Translations under genes and position numbers: made by a program | The notes under the pieces: generated by a model | Seen by the model: the letters and a program-made list of their open reading frames with translations, nothing else | What the model was told of the DNA's origin: nothing | The model's database searches: none | In this document: in pieces, positions 1 through 12,750 of the stretch | Position numbering within the stretch: the first letter of the stretch is position 1 | Layout of the letters: the number at the start of each line of letters is the position of its first letter | From: Lama glama | Taxonomy: Eukaryota | Direction: 5' to 3' | Length of the DNA: 64,000 nucleotides | NCBI GenBank assembly: GCA_028534125.1 | Contig: CM052818.1 | Coordinates: forward strand, 44,332,001-44,396,000

Positions 1-23
1 GTTTCTTCATTTGTCACTCGTAA

Positions 24-160
24 TAAATGTGAGCTCTGTAAGGATAGGGACCATTTATTTTATGCCTAAATCCACAGCACCTAGCCCAGTGTCTGGCCCA
101 CCCAGGCATTTACTAAATGTTAAACAAACCAATAAATGGATGAGTCAATGAATGAATCAA
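24..160 (+). mobile_element. L2 LINE 3' end
   Basis: TGTGAGCTC..AGGGACC..CAGCACCTAGCCCAGTGTCTGGC..TAAATGTT followed by an ATGA-repeat tail; matches the L2 3' terminus. Confidence 0.7.
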
Positions 161-699
161 AGAATGAGCCGAAGAGTCCATTGAATCAAGCATTTTAGCC
201 AAAGATACACAGAAGGCATCTATGTAACCAGTGCCAGTGAACAGAAAACTAGAACAAGATGCGGAAACTGCAGAGTTTAGAAATTTCATTGAGATTACTT
301 TCAATACTACATGCAAATCTGTGCTTCCATTAGCAGCTGCTATGAAGTGCTTCTTTCATTTAAAAAATAATGGTAATAATAATAGCGTATTAAAACATTC
401 CTATACATTTGACTGAAGCTTTACATTTACAAATAATTTTCAAATATGTCATTTCATGTCATTTTCCGCACTTTGCAGGAAAGGAACAGAGCTCTGAGGA
501 GCTATGGATCCCTGGGAACTGGTTCTGTGGTCTCCCGAGCTCTCTGTGACACCAGGGTCTATCCCGGTCTAATACTGCTCTGGAGGGTGACAGTGCTGTT
601 TGTGATTATCACTAGACTGAATTCTGCAGTAAGACACACATGTTTTTCTGACAGCTGATGACAATTAAAGAATAGATTTGTCAAAAAATAAATTGACCA

Positions 700-960
700 A
701 AATGATGTTTTCTCAGGCAAAATCTTCTCATATGTTGGCAATTTTTGTACACAAAGGGCCAGTACTCAAGCTTTGTATAAATCTTCTAGCATTTAATCCA
801 TTTCTCAGAATGTATTTTACTCTTTCATTAATTCCATGAGACTTTTATATTGTTACAGAATTTATTCTTATTTTGCACACTTTTCTTTATTTCTAATTTA
901 TCTTCAATTATGCTAGCCTTCAGATGGCATTTCTCATTTTTATCTAAGCAAACAATTTTC
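700..960 (-). mobile_element. Degraded Tigger/pogo-like DNA transposon, N-terminal HTH of transposase
   Basis: Minus strand translates as KNEKCHLKASIIEDKLEIKKSVQNKNK, then after a frameshift SVTI*KSHGINERVKYILRNG; resembles the psq/CENP-B-type HTH of Tigger transposases. Confidence 0.5.
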
Positions 961-3563
961 AGAAGTAGATGCTGAGAATCACTTCAAATGTTGATCATTT
1001 CTTGCCACTCCACATTGATTTTCTTAAAATACATTTTAAAGTAATTTGCCCATTCTCTAAGCTCATTTACTAAAATATATTTTAATTTAAAATTTATCAG
1101 ATATTATGCCTATTTTACTTATTTGGTTTTCACCACATTAAACTATGTCTATTTTATTTTAAAACACTTTTACCTAGTGTGAACATAAGTTTTGCTACCG
1201 CATGACATTATATTGCCACCATTTGACAGGACTTCTGAAGTCATAATTAAAGCTCTCGTGAAAGTAGTGTCTGATGTAGATTTAAAGAGAAAGCCTAACC
1301 ACAGGCTTAGAAAAATAAACTAAAATGAAAGTTTCCCATGAAAACTTCTGTAAAGATTCATAAATGATTAAAAAGAATGTATAAAGTATAATGAATGCTT
1401 GAAGATAGGTAAAAATCTACAAAATCACTCCAAGGTGCAGTGAAGTATCAATACATAAAAATATTTATTTTTGCCTCATTTGCTCTTTCAAGGTCATAAT
1501 GTAGGTTTATTGGTGGGACATCTGAACCCATAGCCTAATGAATGAGACTCATGATACTGTAATTTTAGTGATAGACTATTGAATATCTCTTTAATTACCT
1601 TCATAGGTTTCATTTATGTGTTCATTTTGACAAGGGGATTTCCTCCCTAAAGGACACGTCAATAATCTTGGTCAAGAAATGTTGGTTAGGAGATACTATT
1701 ATTATTATCTCCGTTTTACTGATGAGGAACACAGTCCAATGATTAACATGCATACAACTAATGACAATATAAAGCAGAACAATATCGGGTCTAACATGAA
1801 TGTCAGCTAATCACTAAAGATTTGTCTACTTCACCCAAGCCAACTTTCCTTGTGTACTTGGTCGCCTCTGGCAGGACAATGTGCCATAAAACGATTTCTC
1901 ATTCAGCCCATGATTTCTGTCTCCTTTGTACTTAATACACTGCATTCCCAGGCCTGTTAGATGCTGTGCATGTGACTGCACAAAGAATAGAAGATGATGT
2001 TCCTTTTGCACTCCAGGGTGAATCCAAAGTTGGCAGCAGCCTTGGAGAGAATGTCAAGGAATGAAGTCTGGGAAGTTCAGCAGAACTGGGAAGGTGGTTT
2101 CCCAGAACAGAGGAGAAACCAAGTTAGAGCTGATAAGGGAAAGAAGTTCTAGCCCGAGCCAGTGTCACACATCAGGCCTAAAGGATAAGACAAGGCTTAA
2201 TATGAGAAAATGGATCACGAGGACAAATCTCAAAGAGATCAAGATATGGGGGGAAATGTGTGGATATAAAAACTATAAACAAGATAGAGATGTAGCCTTT
2301 TGTCTATGTGGGTCCCAAGATCATTGACTCTTACTCTTACCTCTCTACTGATCCAACCAAGATTAGGTGAGGAGGGGACCAAGGACAGGGCACAGCTTAT
2401 TCACAGCTATGGAACAAGACATGGCTGCCTAAGCTGAGGGACTCTCAGAATTAGAGCCTGGTCTGAACACAGAGATGGTTGAGAATTGAGTGGGTCAGTT
2501 TGGAATCTAGGTCACCAAATTCAAATAAGATAAATTGAAAGAGCCAAGATCAGGCACATAACAGATAAAGACATAGAGGAGACAAGGACAGTGGAGCTCA
2601 GGTCCAGCGGATCAGTCAGGTTGTCCATTGACTTAGTGCATCAGGGTAACCAGGTCTTGTAGTTTGGAACGGGGAGGGTGGCCCATTCCAGATGTTCACA
2701 GCACACGGGAAATGGGCACAGAGCTCCTAAGGAATCTGTGAGCCACGCCCCATGGCTCTCTCAAAAAGTTAACCATTTAGTTTTCAGTATCTCATGCAGT
2801 TCATCTACTCTATGTATGTAACAGTTTATAATTTTCCACTCATTCTTTACTGGCATCTTGTTTGCTTTGAAATCGACTTGTGAGAAGGAGAGAATGAGTA
2901 TGATTAGTTCCATAAACCAGATCTGACCTGGCAAGCTCTTTGAGATGCTCCAAACCGGTAATGTTCTCTGGAGGATTTTCCTCTCTCTACAAATGCAAAG
3001 GCCTCCCGTTGCTAAGAAAAGCAGATATGTCAGCTGCCTGTGCTCAACCCCTCACTAGTAATACAGAGTTTTCTACGGAAAAGTACTGACTCATTTTCTG
3101 CGTCTAACCCGCCAGAAGAGGGAGTGTGCCAGTGCCACGTGGATGGGCAGCAGGATGATGGACTCCTCTTGCAGAACGCTGGCATCCTTCTGCTTACTTC
3201 CCCATTATTACTTTCCACTTTTTGAAAGCTCCTGGCTTTGTGAACTCACAGCAACAAACCGTGAATGATAGATGAGAAGAAAAATTCTATCCTTTCCAAC
3301 TACTAAACTGTGACAGTTCAGACAATGTTCCCGCTTCCCCAGACAAGCCTAATTATTCACAAGAATATCAACAACACAAAGAACAACAAAGATCTTAGTT
3401 TGGAAACTAAAATTATTTCAACAAGGGTGAAGGAAGGAAATAAAGAAGAAAGGGAGAATTAGAAAGACAAGTAAACAATTTACAATGTAAAGTGGATTTT
3501 TTTTCCTTCCATGTTTCAACCTTTTTTGTCTACAGTAAGGGAATTTGAGAATAAAAATTGTTT

Positions 3564-3589
3564 ACACACACACACACACACACACACAC
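3564..3589. repeat. (CA)n microsatellite
   Basis: 13 uninterrupted AC units. Confidence 0.95.
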
Positions 3590-3934
3590 CCCACCTACTC
3601 TGTTTAAATGTCTTCTTTACCTGCTGTGTGATTTTTTTAAAAGGTCTATTTAACTTTTCACTATAGTGATTTCAGTGCAAACCAATGTCATGATAGGATA
3701 GTAACAATTTCCAGATCAAAGAAAACACCACACAACTCAACCAACCTGACTTAAACCTACAAAAGCCTCTCGAGACCATGACTGGCTTCTCCAGCAGCAC
3801 TGAGCCTTCCCCGTGGCTTTCCTCCCGGACTTGTTATTCAGTGAATGGGTGGAAGGGGCATGGGGGTCAGGGAGCTTCAAGGGGCTACACTGCTGGGCCC
3901 CAGCCACAACCAGCTCCCTCCCCCCGACACAGAG

Positions 3935-4145
3935 AGTTCAGAGTTTTGAATTAATTCCTATTTTGCCAATTTCCAGTTTTATGATTGTAGGCAAATGATT
4001 TAAACTCTGCAAGCCTGATTTTTGTTTACCAATAAATTAAGGGAAGTAATACAAGACTTTAGGCCTAAAGTCTTATATTAAGGATTAGCTATAATATATG
4101 CAAAAGACATAGTATATGAAACATCATGAACATTAAATAAATGAG
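3935..4145 (+). mobile_element. MIR SINE (degraded)
   Basis: Core-like GGCAAATGATTTAAACTCTGCAAGCCTG..AGGATTA..AAATAAATG. Confidence 0.55.
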
Positions 4146-4719
4146 ATATTAAATCAGGGTTTTTTAATATTCAGAATTAGAGATTCAATCTTCTTTGATG
4201 AGAGATATTAGTTATTGTTTCAGTTATTCCAATAAGTGACTTTTCTTGGTTATCACACTTAATTTTTTTCTGTAAAATGAATTTTTTAACTCCAGTATCT
4301 GAAAATGAAGTAATGAGTTAGCTGATAGTAAAAACAAAAAGGAGAGAGTATTCTCTTATTTCTTTTTTGATTAATATTATCAATCAAACTGATGTCTTTA
4401 ATGGAAAACGATTCACTGAAATCAGCTCGTGTTGCAACGTGAAACGCCTTCTAGCTCTGAGGCAAGAGTCCAGGCCTCAGAGCCAGGCAGACCTGACTCG
4501 GCTACTGGATCTTGTCCTTTAATTGCCATTTTGCTCTTGAACAAGTCATTTAGACTCTCATTTCTATTGGATCAAAAACTATCAATTCAGATCCTAAAAC
4601 TGTTATCAAGGCTAGAGAAGCTATGATAATAGTATAAATTCTAAGAGCTACAATTTCCTCATCTATTAAATGCATGCAATAAAAGCCCCATCCTCTCTCT
4701 TGTCTGGGCAACTGGGACA

Positions 4720-5535
4720 GCCTTTAACAGCTCTGTCTGCTCTTACTACTTCTCCAGTTCCTCACCCTGCCCCACCTCTCAACTGTTCTCCCCACGAGAT
4801 CCACATAATCATCTGAAACATGTAAATTGCAGGTCAGGGCTCTCCTCTGCTCAGACCTCAGCTGCGGTCTCCCAGCACAAGTTAAGCAAGATTTCAGACT
4901 ATTCAGCCATTAAAAAAAAGAATAAAATAATGCCATTTGCAGCAACATGAATGGAAATGGAGAACGTCATTCTATGTGAAGTAAGCTAGAAAGAAAGAAA
5001 AATACCATATGATATCACTTATATGTGGAATCTAAAAAAAATGACACAAATGAACTTAATTACAAAATAGAAACAGACTCACAGACATAAAAAACAAACG
5101 CATGGTTACCAGGGGAAAGGGGGAGGTGGAGTGCTAAATTGGGAATTTGGGATTTGCAGATACTAACTACTATATATAAAATAGATAGACAAGGTCCTAC
5201 TGTATAGCACAGGGAACTATATTCAGTATCTTATAATAGCCTGTAATGAAAAAGAATATGAAAAGGAATCTATATATGTATAACTGAATCACTATGCTGT
5301 ACACCAGAAATTAACACAACATTGTAAAACTGACTATATACTTCAGTTAAAAAAAATTCACCACTATCCCAAATTATATCACATGCCTGTATATTTAATC
5401 ATTAGTGGTCTGTTTCCGCTGCTATACTGCCATCTTCATAAGGGCAGGATCCACTACCGTGGTTCCAGACTCTGAAATTACGTGCAGGGCACATAACAGG
5501 TGTTCAACACGTATCTGTTGCCTGAGCAAATAAAG
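4720..5535 (+). mobile_element. L2 fragments interrupted by a younger L1
   Basis: L2 body motif (CTGTTCTCCCCAC..ATCATCTGAAACATGTAAA) at 4720-4890 and L2 3' end (AGGGCAGG..GGCACATAACAGGTGTTCAACAC) at 5360-5535. Confidence 0.55.
4898..5356 (+). mobile_element. L1 3' end (ORF2 tail plus 3'UTR), cetartiodactyl/camelid type
   Basis: ATGCCATTTGCAGCAACATG..ACAGACTCACAGACAT..TACTGTATAGCACAGGGAACTATATTCA..GCTGTACACCAGAAATTAACACAACATTGTAA followed by an A tail. Confidence 0.92.
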
Positions 5536-6479
5536 ACATCCAAGGCTGCTGGGTAATTCATGAGACAAGATGTGCAAAGTGGCAGCAGAGTGCCTGGCCC
5601 CAAGTGGCTGCTTAACGAATGCACCAGAAGGAGAAGAGCCTCGTACTGATTCGAACACAACACGATCCTTCACCCAGCATTCTGATGGACACCCTAATTT
5701 TCTTATAATCTTAGTAAGTCCCATGACGGTTGTTACAACATCGTCAAGGAGAATAGGACAATAAAGAGGAATGAAGGTGCTCATTCAAGTCCAAGGCAAA
5801 GACTGCAAAGGCCCAAGATGAGGCTGAACTAGAGCTGAGCAGGGTGCAAGGCACATCGGAGGCCAGAGACAAGAATGAGGTGGGGCAGAGGCTAAGAAAT
5901 GGCCACCATGTCACAGCAGGCCAGCCCGAGGGGAGAGAGAGCTCATGGAAAGTTAGGCAGCAACTCCTTGGCAGATGACCTCAAGGCTCTGGTGATGTGG
6001 GAGGCCCAGTCCTGAGTCTGAAATTCCTCAAGGAAATGGGAAATTCCTTTTATTGTTCCGCACATGACCTTTCTTCTCCTCAAAGACTCCCTGTCTCCCT
6101 ACTTTCTTACATCAGTTACCTATCGAGCCTCCCACCTAAATGCCTGTGCCCCTCCCAGGGACATCATCTCTCATTTCACCCAGACAATTGCATCAGTTTC
6201 TAAAGTGGTCTGGCATCAGCCCGCCCCTCTGCCCAGCCCAGATCCCGACTCCCAAGCCTGTGCTCCAGGATTCGGGCTTTCTCTCCTATCACCTTCCAAC
6301 AAGATGAAACTCAAACACCTGAGGGTGCCATGCAAGGCCTCTGAGAGTCCAGCTCCTGACTGCCTCACCTGTCTCACAGTCTGCTACATCCCATGACAAG
6401 TCACATCCTCCAGCCTGACAAAATCCACCCACATCTTTATCACCACCTCCCTCTCAGAGAAAACAGCAGAAGCTCTGTT

Positions 6480-6860
6480 TTTTCTAACAGGATTACCCAT
6501 CCCCCCTTTTCCTGTCAATTATATCACCCAGTGCCTGTCCCTCCCAGAGCAGAGCTGGGCACAGGATCCAGGTTAGCCAATGAAAATGCTCCATTTTTTG
6601 TCCAGAGAGAACTAGTCTAGGATGGAGCCATGTCCCAAGCAAGGCTTGTTAGTTCCTTCCCTAGGATTGACATGTGAGAGTGGGAACACAAGCATCCTTC
6701 ATTTGGCTGTGATATGAAGATAATAGGATGTGGGTCCCAGGGCAGCGATGGTCACCTGGCCTCCCTGAGGTCTGACCTTGTTTACAGAATGAAACCTGAC
6801 ACAGGCGTGCAACACGCAGAGCTGCTGTGAGATGGAGAGTCACAAGGCTCTGAGGACCCC
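6480..6860 (+). mobile_element. ERVL LTR fragment (LTR16/LTR33-like)
   Basis: AGCCAATGA..CATGTCCCAAGC..TTCCCTAGGA..GAATGAAACCTGACACAG..GCAGAGC..GAGATGGAGAG motifs. Confidence 0.5.
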
Positions 6861-7419
6861 AGGCACAGAGAGTGACACTGAGTGTTGACTCCATAAACAC
6901 AGTGCACATGGAAGTGTTTATTGAATGATGGACAGATGGATGGAGAGATGGAGGACAAACAGAGTAACAGTGGAAGGACAGGCAGACCGACAAGGAGGTG
7001 TACAGCTGTGCCATAATTAGGACCAGAAGAAGAAAGTACACTGGACGAAGCGTAGGGCCCCTCTTCTTTTCTTTGTGTTAAATGCCATCCTAACAGCTCA
7101 GTGCCCTCCTGCTTGCTTTGTAAAGTCAAGTTGAATGTCACGTTGCGTGTTGCAGGGAGCCTTTGTAACTTTCCTACTGCTGCCATTGTCTAATCAGATG
7201 AAAGAATTCTCAAAACATCTCATCTGTGCGTGTTTCTAACAGCTTTTTATGATTCATCGTTGACCATCTCAAGCTCACTCGGCATAGCTCTAACTGACAT
7301 TATATTTAGATTTATCACCACGGCTGACTCTATTTTTTACACTTTTAATTGTATTATCTTCTGAAGGGGAAAATGTTAGAGCTCGGGTAGGATTATATTA
7401 AGTTAAAAAATCTACAGCA

Positions 7420-8090
7420 AAAGATTTCAAAGATTGATGATACTCAGCATTGTCAAGGGGGAGTAGAGAGGGAAGCCCACAAACTCCGCTGATGGAAGTT
7501 GTACATTGGCAAAGCTTTACTGGAGGACAGCTTGGCAATATGCATCAAAATCAGAAATACCCTAGCAATTCCATTTAGAGGAATTTTTGCCTAAGGAAGT
7601 AAATGAATAATTGTTCAAATGTATATATAAAGTATATTTACTGCATCATTATTTTTAATAGTGGAAGACTGAGAAAATCCAAACTGTCCAAATTTAACTG
7701 GGATTAATTAAATAAATTATAGTACATCCAGGCAGTAAAATAGTATCTATACATTAAAAAGATTAGATACAGATATAGATACAAATATATAGATACAAAT
7801 ACTGAGAAATGTATAAATATATGGGTATGTAGACAGATATATAAATAGAAGTGAGAGCTTTTCTTGATACATTGTCAAATTTAAACCGTAAATCACAGGC
7901 TGGTATATATGTCTCCAATTCTATTGCAAATAATGTAATTTTCATATATATGTATTTACACTTACCAAAAGAACTTAAAAGCTAAAAGGCTATTTGCCAG
8001 ACTGTTACCAATCGCTTTCTCAGGGAAGTAGCTCAGAGAGGGCTTTTATTTTATTTTTTATATATTTCTGTACTGTTTGATTTTTTCAAA
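7420..8090 (+). mobile_element. Old L1 (L1ME-like) 3' fragment
   Basis: CTGATGGAAGTTGTACATTGG..TTGGCAATATGCATCAAAA..CCCTAGCAATTCCATTT..AATAAATTATAGTACATCCA. Confidence 0.7.
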
Positions 8091-8754
8091 TGGTTAGTAG
8101 ATATACGTTAATAGTACGATAAACAGTAAAGACGTTTCTATTGGGAGAAAAATAGCTTCCACGTGTTGCTCCTTATTTGAGGGGCACATACTGACTACAG
8201 TTTTGTCTGTATTTGATAAGATGAATCTGTGCAAATATGAGGCTAGTCTGTATCCATGGTAACAACGCATCCAGTTATTTAGGCCATGTGTGTCCCTCAC
8301 ATACTAGGGTTGGCTCTGGTATTTGGTTTGGAACAGACACAACAATAGACCATTAGAAAACATACATTTATTTCTTAATACATTCGCCCCATGATACTGT
8401 AGAGATAAAACCAACTGGATTCTAAAACCCAGTGTGAGAATGTATGTAAAGATTAAACCCTGGAGTCAGAAAAGCTTGTGTGTCTAGAAGCATGAGAGAG
8501 AAATCACCAGCGACAGGCTGATTGTTTCTACCATAAAAGATGCAAATAAAAATTTCAAAGAAAAGCCAACATCCGCTTAAGGCTGGAGGAAGCTGAGGGA
8601 AGATGACCAGAGAGTTGACATTTCCAAGTAACTCTACCCCTGGTGTGGACAATTGCATTGTTTTGTTTCAATTTTAGTTTCTCATTTTTAAAAAATCTGC
8701 TAAAACTTCTTTTGTCCCTCCATTCTAATCTAAAGTGATGGACCTTATCTGGGG

Positions 8755-8960
8755 AGGAGCATGGTTTAATAGAGCACGCTCCTAAAGTCATAGGACCCAG
8801 CAGCACATTAACTCCGCCGCTGTCACCATGTTACTTAACTCCTGAGACTCCTCATTCTTCATTTGTAAAACAATAGGACGTGGTTCCTTCACAGAATCCC
8901 CTGTAAAGATGTGTTTGCAAAAGGGTTTTGTAAACTGCAAAGCACTGCAAAGACGTTAGC
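8755..8960 (+). mobile_element. MIR SINE
   Basis: GTTACTTAACTCCTGAGACTCCTCATTCTTCATTTGTAAAA..TTTTGTAAACTGCAAAGCACTG. Confidence 0.55.
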
Positions 8961-9294
8961 CCTTTTATTTTTGTCATCATTTCCCTCAGAATCTCCAGAG
9001 GCCATCCAGCCCCTAGTTCTTAGGAGATACAAAATAAAAAAAATAAAATAAAATAGTCTCATTGTTTTAGTCAACATTGAAAGAATAAAGGATTTAAAGA
9101 GATACCTAGGTTCAACTCTTACCTACACATTTTACTTAATGAATGTCCACAAACAAGCCAACATGGATATACAGAAAGGAATCCTCACCCGGAAAGCTGC
9201 GTGGCTTAAATTAGACAATGCTATGAAAATGCTTTATAAATTGTGACATGTCATAGGGATGTCAGCTAGCATCAGTAGCATCAGTAGTGACAAT

Positions 9295-9782
9295 TACTAA
9301 AGAAAACTAGAGCTGGACAACAGTTAAAGTGGTAAAAACAAATTTTATTCAAGAACTATTAAAAACAAAACAAAACAAAACAAAACAAAACAAAACAAAA
9401 AAAGAACTATTGCAAGAGGCGGGAAGAGACTTTACCATAGAACTGGGCTCAATTCCAAACACAAGAAGGACAAGTGGGGATGAATAGCCAAGGAGTAGGT
9501 CTGGGGATCCAGGCCAGGAAAGCTAGTGAGAGGAGACATCAAGGGTACAGGGGTTCTCCCTAGACTGAACAAACAGGACTCTCGCTGAAGGCAGGTCAAG
9601 AGGATCAGATCTGCCTGCGTAGACAGCAGAGGAAGAAGAATTTGATCAGTACCGAGGGTGGGGGATTCTGGCTAAACTGACTGAGCAGATTCTTGCTACA
9701 ACTGGGTCCACAGACAGGGCCTAACCAAAAAAGGGCTCAGAGAAGCCTGTCTAGACTTTGGTCAAGGAGAGAGTCTTTGTCA
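9295..9782 (-). mobile_element. ERV1 solo LTR, MER31-like
   Basis: Minus strand begins TGACAAAGACTCTCTCCTTGACCAAA (MER31-type 5' end) and has AATAAA near its 3' end; 4-bp TSD CAAT (9291-9294) / CAAC (9783-9786). Confidence 0.85.
9361..9401. repeat. (AAAAC)n tract flanked by a 10-bp direct repeat
   Basis: AAGAACTATT at 9351-9360 and 9402-9411 brackets the tract. Confidence 0.95.
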
Positions 9783-9902
9783 CAACATATGCTAAGTTGA
9801 TTACCTTAATGTTATATTAATGATGTCAGTTAACACTATTTATGACTATTAGTGATAATGATGAGTGATAATGAAACTTGGGATCATAGTATAATAACCT
9901 AC

Positions 9903-10386
9903 TATTGCCAGAGAGTAGGTTCTTCTCTTGCACAGGAAAGAATTCAAGAGCAAGCCATAGTGCAGTGAAAGCAAGTTTATTTAGAGAGAGACACATTCCA
10001 TAGATTGAATGCGGTCCATTTTAGAAGGGAGAGTGGCCCCAGGGAGCAGGGGTAGTTAGTTTTTATGGGCTGGGTAATTTCACATGCTAACAAGTGGGAG
10101 GATCATTCCAACTGTTGGAAAGCATGGGCAGGGATTTCCAGGAATTGGGCCCCCCAGCCCACTTTTTGACCTTTTATGGTCAGCCTGGAAACTGTCATGG
10201 TGCCTGTGGGTGTGTCATTTCCCATGCTAATGTATTACAATGAGTCTGCAATGAGGATCAAGGTTTACTGCAAGTCTAGACTTCTGCCATCTTGGACCTA
10301 GTTGGTTCTAACCAGTTTATGTCACATCCTCAACAGCAATGTCATTCTTTTAATGGTCGTGCCTCGTCCCCTTCCCTCCTGTCTCA
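9903..10386 (-). mobile_element. ERV1 solo LTR, MER41-like
   Basis: Minus strand TGAGACAGG..CCAAGATGGC..CATTAGCATG..CCATGACAGTTT..AATAAA is collinear with MER41; perfect 4-bp TSD CTAC (9899-9902 / 10387-10390). Confidence 0.85.
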
Positions 10387-11810
10387 CTACCAATCTTCAG
10401 ATACCAGGTTCTCAGAAAATATATTTTAATACCTAAAATATATGTATCATTACTTGAAACTTTACCAGGTGTCTTTGAGGGTCCAGGTTTTTCTAGGAAT
10501 TACAGTGCTTTGGAAGGCCTTGTATGTGGGAAGGATAAATGTTTATCCGGTTGGAGTATTTTGGCAGGCACAGGGAAGGCCTCACGCCCCCTGACATTTC
10601 TTTCTTGCTGCTGGAATCTGCACCATGGAGGCCTCTGACAGAAAACCAATGCAGGGCCTCCCTGCTTGAGCCAAGAGATGTAACTTTGGGTGAAGTAGAA
10701 CCAGAATGTTCATCCTGGTGTATCCCAGGCCAAAACTCTCACTGGCCCTTCATGCCGTATTTCTTCTTTTGGGGTAGAGTCTCATAAAATAAAACGATAA
10801 ATATGAAAGCACTTCATAGTGCATAAAGAGCCTATACTGAGGCTGGTTATCTTCAAAGCCTTTATTTTCATCATTTATGCAAAAAACTATATTGGGAGCA
10901 GACTGCTCCCACCCTCGGCAGTCCATAGGATACGCTCCTCCCACTATTCACTTCTCCTGCTATGTGGGGTGTGGGGGGAGGGAATTTTTGAATGGGCCTG
11001 TAGCACCAGCAAACCCAGTGCTGTGACCCTTATCATCCTGATGTGAACTTGGCATTATCCTTTTGTCTAAAACATCTGCCTGAAAGATTATGGCAGGAAG
11101 TAACTGGTAAAAAAGTAAGAATCTAGCTTAGCCTGTCACTCACTTTGCTCAAATTAAAGCCATTTGCATTTCTAGGATGTATTAGCCCTATTCAACGCCT
11201 GCCACAGAAATGGAAATGGTCTTGGGGGAACAGCCTGTTCCTAATCAGTGATCCTGGGGGATGAAGCAATCACCGACTTTGAATCCCAACCTCTAGATTT
11301 CTCTGCAGGAGACCCCAGATGCCAGTTTCCAAAGGTGAGTGGATGTAAATGCCTTCTCAGTGTGACTAATTACCAGGGTCCTTGGCACCCAGAGCTGTCA
11401 GAGCTGATTAGAGAGCTGGAGAGGGCTTCTTCTAGAGGATATGAAACAAAAGTTACAGAACAATAGCTGCAGACCAAAAAGCCAGACTTAACTCTTCAGG
11501 GAACACTCTAGGGATGGCAAGGGCAGTAGCAAAGCCACTGGTCAGAAGTTGAAAGGTCTTTAAAATCCTGGTTCCTGGGACTCAGGATCTCTCAACCATC
11601 GATGACCTTGAGAGTGTCATCCATCCCTTTGCACCTGTCTATGGACAGTGCCACCCTGGACATTACCCCAGACGTTACCAGTCACCCTGGGATCAGACAG
11701 GTGCCCTTTTATTTGTTGATGCCTGAGGGAGTCCCCAAACTTTAATCTGTGTTTCTTGGGGCCAGATTGTTCGTCTTTTGGGGTAAAGAGTCCATTAAAA
11801 CGAGGCTCAT

Positions 11811-11984
11811 GGGGTAGACAGTATAGCTCAAGTGGTAAGGGTGCATGCTTAGCATGCAGAAGGTCCTAGGTTCAATCCCCAGTACCTCTTCCCAAAATAA
11901 ATAAACTTAATTACCTCCCCTGTCCACCAAAATAAAACAACTAAACAATACAATAATAAATAAAATAGTTCTTTTAAAAAAAAA
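11811..11984 (+). mobile_element. Vic-1 camelid SINE (tRNA-Ala derived)
   Basis: A box TAGCTCAAGTGG, TTAGCAT anticodon loop, B box GGTTCAATCCC, TAATTACCTCCCC body, A-rich tail; TSD AAAACGAGGCTCAT / AAAAGTAGGCTCAT. Confidence 0.92.
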
Positions 11985-12750
11985 GTAGGCTCATGATAAT
12001 AAATTAGTGACATAGACTCATGATTTAATGTCATAATTTCTTCTATTTCCAAAAAAGTCCAAAAATTCATAAGGAGTAGTCATTTGAGCATCATCCAAAC
12101 TGTACACCTGCCAGTGGCAGGTGAGCCAGGCTGACTCCCCAGCTGCCACATGTCCATGGGGCTTTAAGATTTGCCATCCACCCCTGTGTCCAATAGCAAA
12201 TTGTGTGATGGAGAAAATGCTTCTGTGAGGAAACTAGATCTCCCGTGAAAAAATCTGGCATTAATAAAATATAAAAGATTTCTCATACAAAGATATGCAT
12301 TGGGAAATAGTTCCTTATTGCTTGAAATGTGACGGAGGATAAAGTCAGCTATCTGGTCTACCATTTTCTTATCTATGAATTTAGAGATTTGAGAAATTTC
12401 TCAGGACGGACCCACTATAACAGCTAAGGGCCTGCTCTGTTTGTCCCACCTGCTGTTTTGGGAATTTTAAACCCTCTTCAACATCTCTTCTAAATATTCT
12501 GGGAAACCTACAGGAGATGTCACACCTGTTTTTTCAAGAGCTAATTATTGTGCATCTACTACATGCTGTACGCGTGTCAGAAGATGGGTGTGCAGTGGTG
12601 GATGAAACAGAAGTGGCCCTGATCACTCGTGGAGTCATCACATGCTATCCTAATCTCTTTCCCTCCTGCTCCTGCTGCCAGTGGGGCCGGGTGTCTGATT
12701 CCCCGGGAGTCTCAAACATTGCTGATGGCCATGAAAAATGCTGTCATTGT

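Noticed and set aside
2040..2700. Purine-rich stretch that may be an old LTR or L2
   Set aside because: I could not assign a family or boundaries by eye.
11811..11890. tRNA-Ala(AGC)-like sequences (also 35645-35720 and 39099-39185)
   Set aside because: These are heads of Vic-1 SINEs: they share the SINE body and A-rich tail, and their stems are degenerate.
12105..12123. Palindromes with 9-bp arms (CACCTGCCA-G-TGGCAGGTG; also 47681-47699)
   Set aside because: About one such palindrome is expected by chance in 64 kb when short spacers are allowed, and there is no other support.
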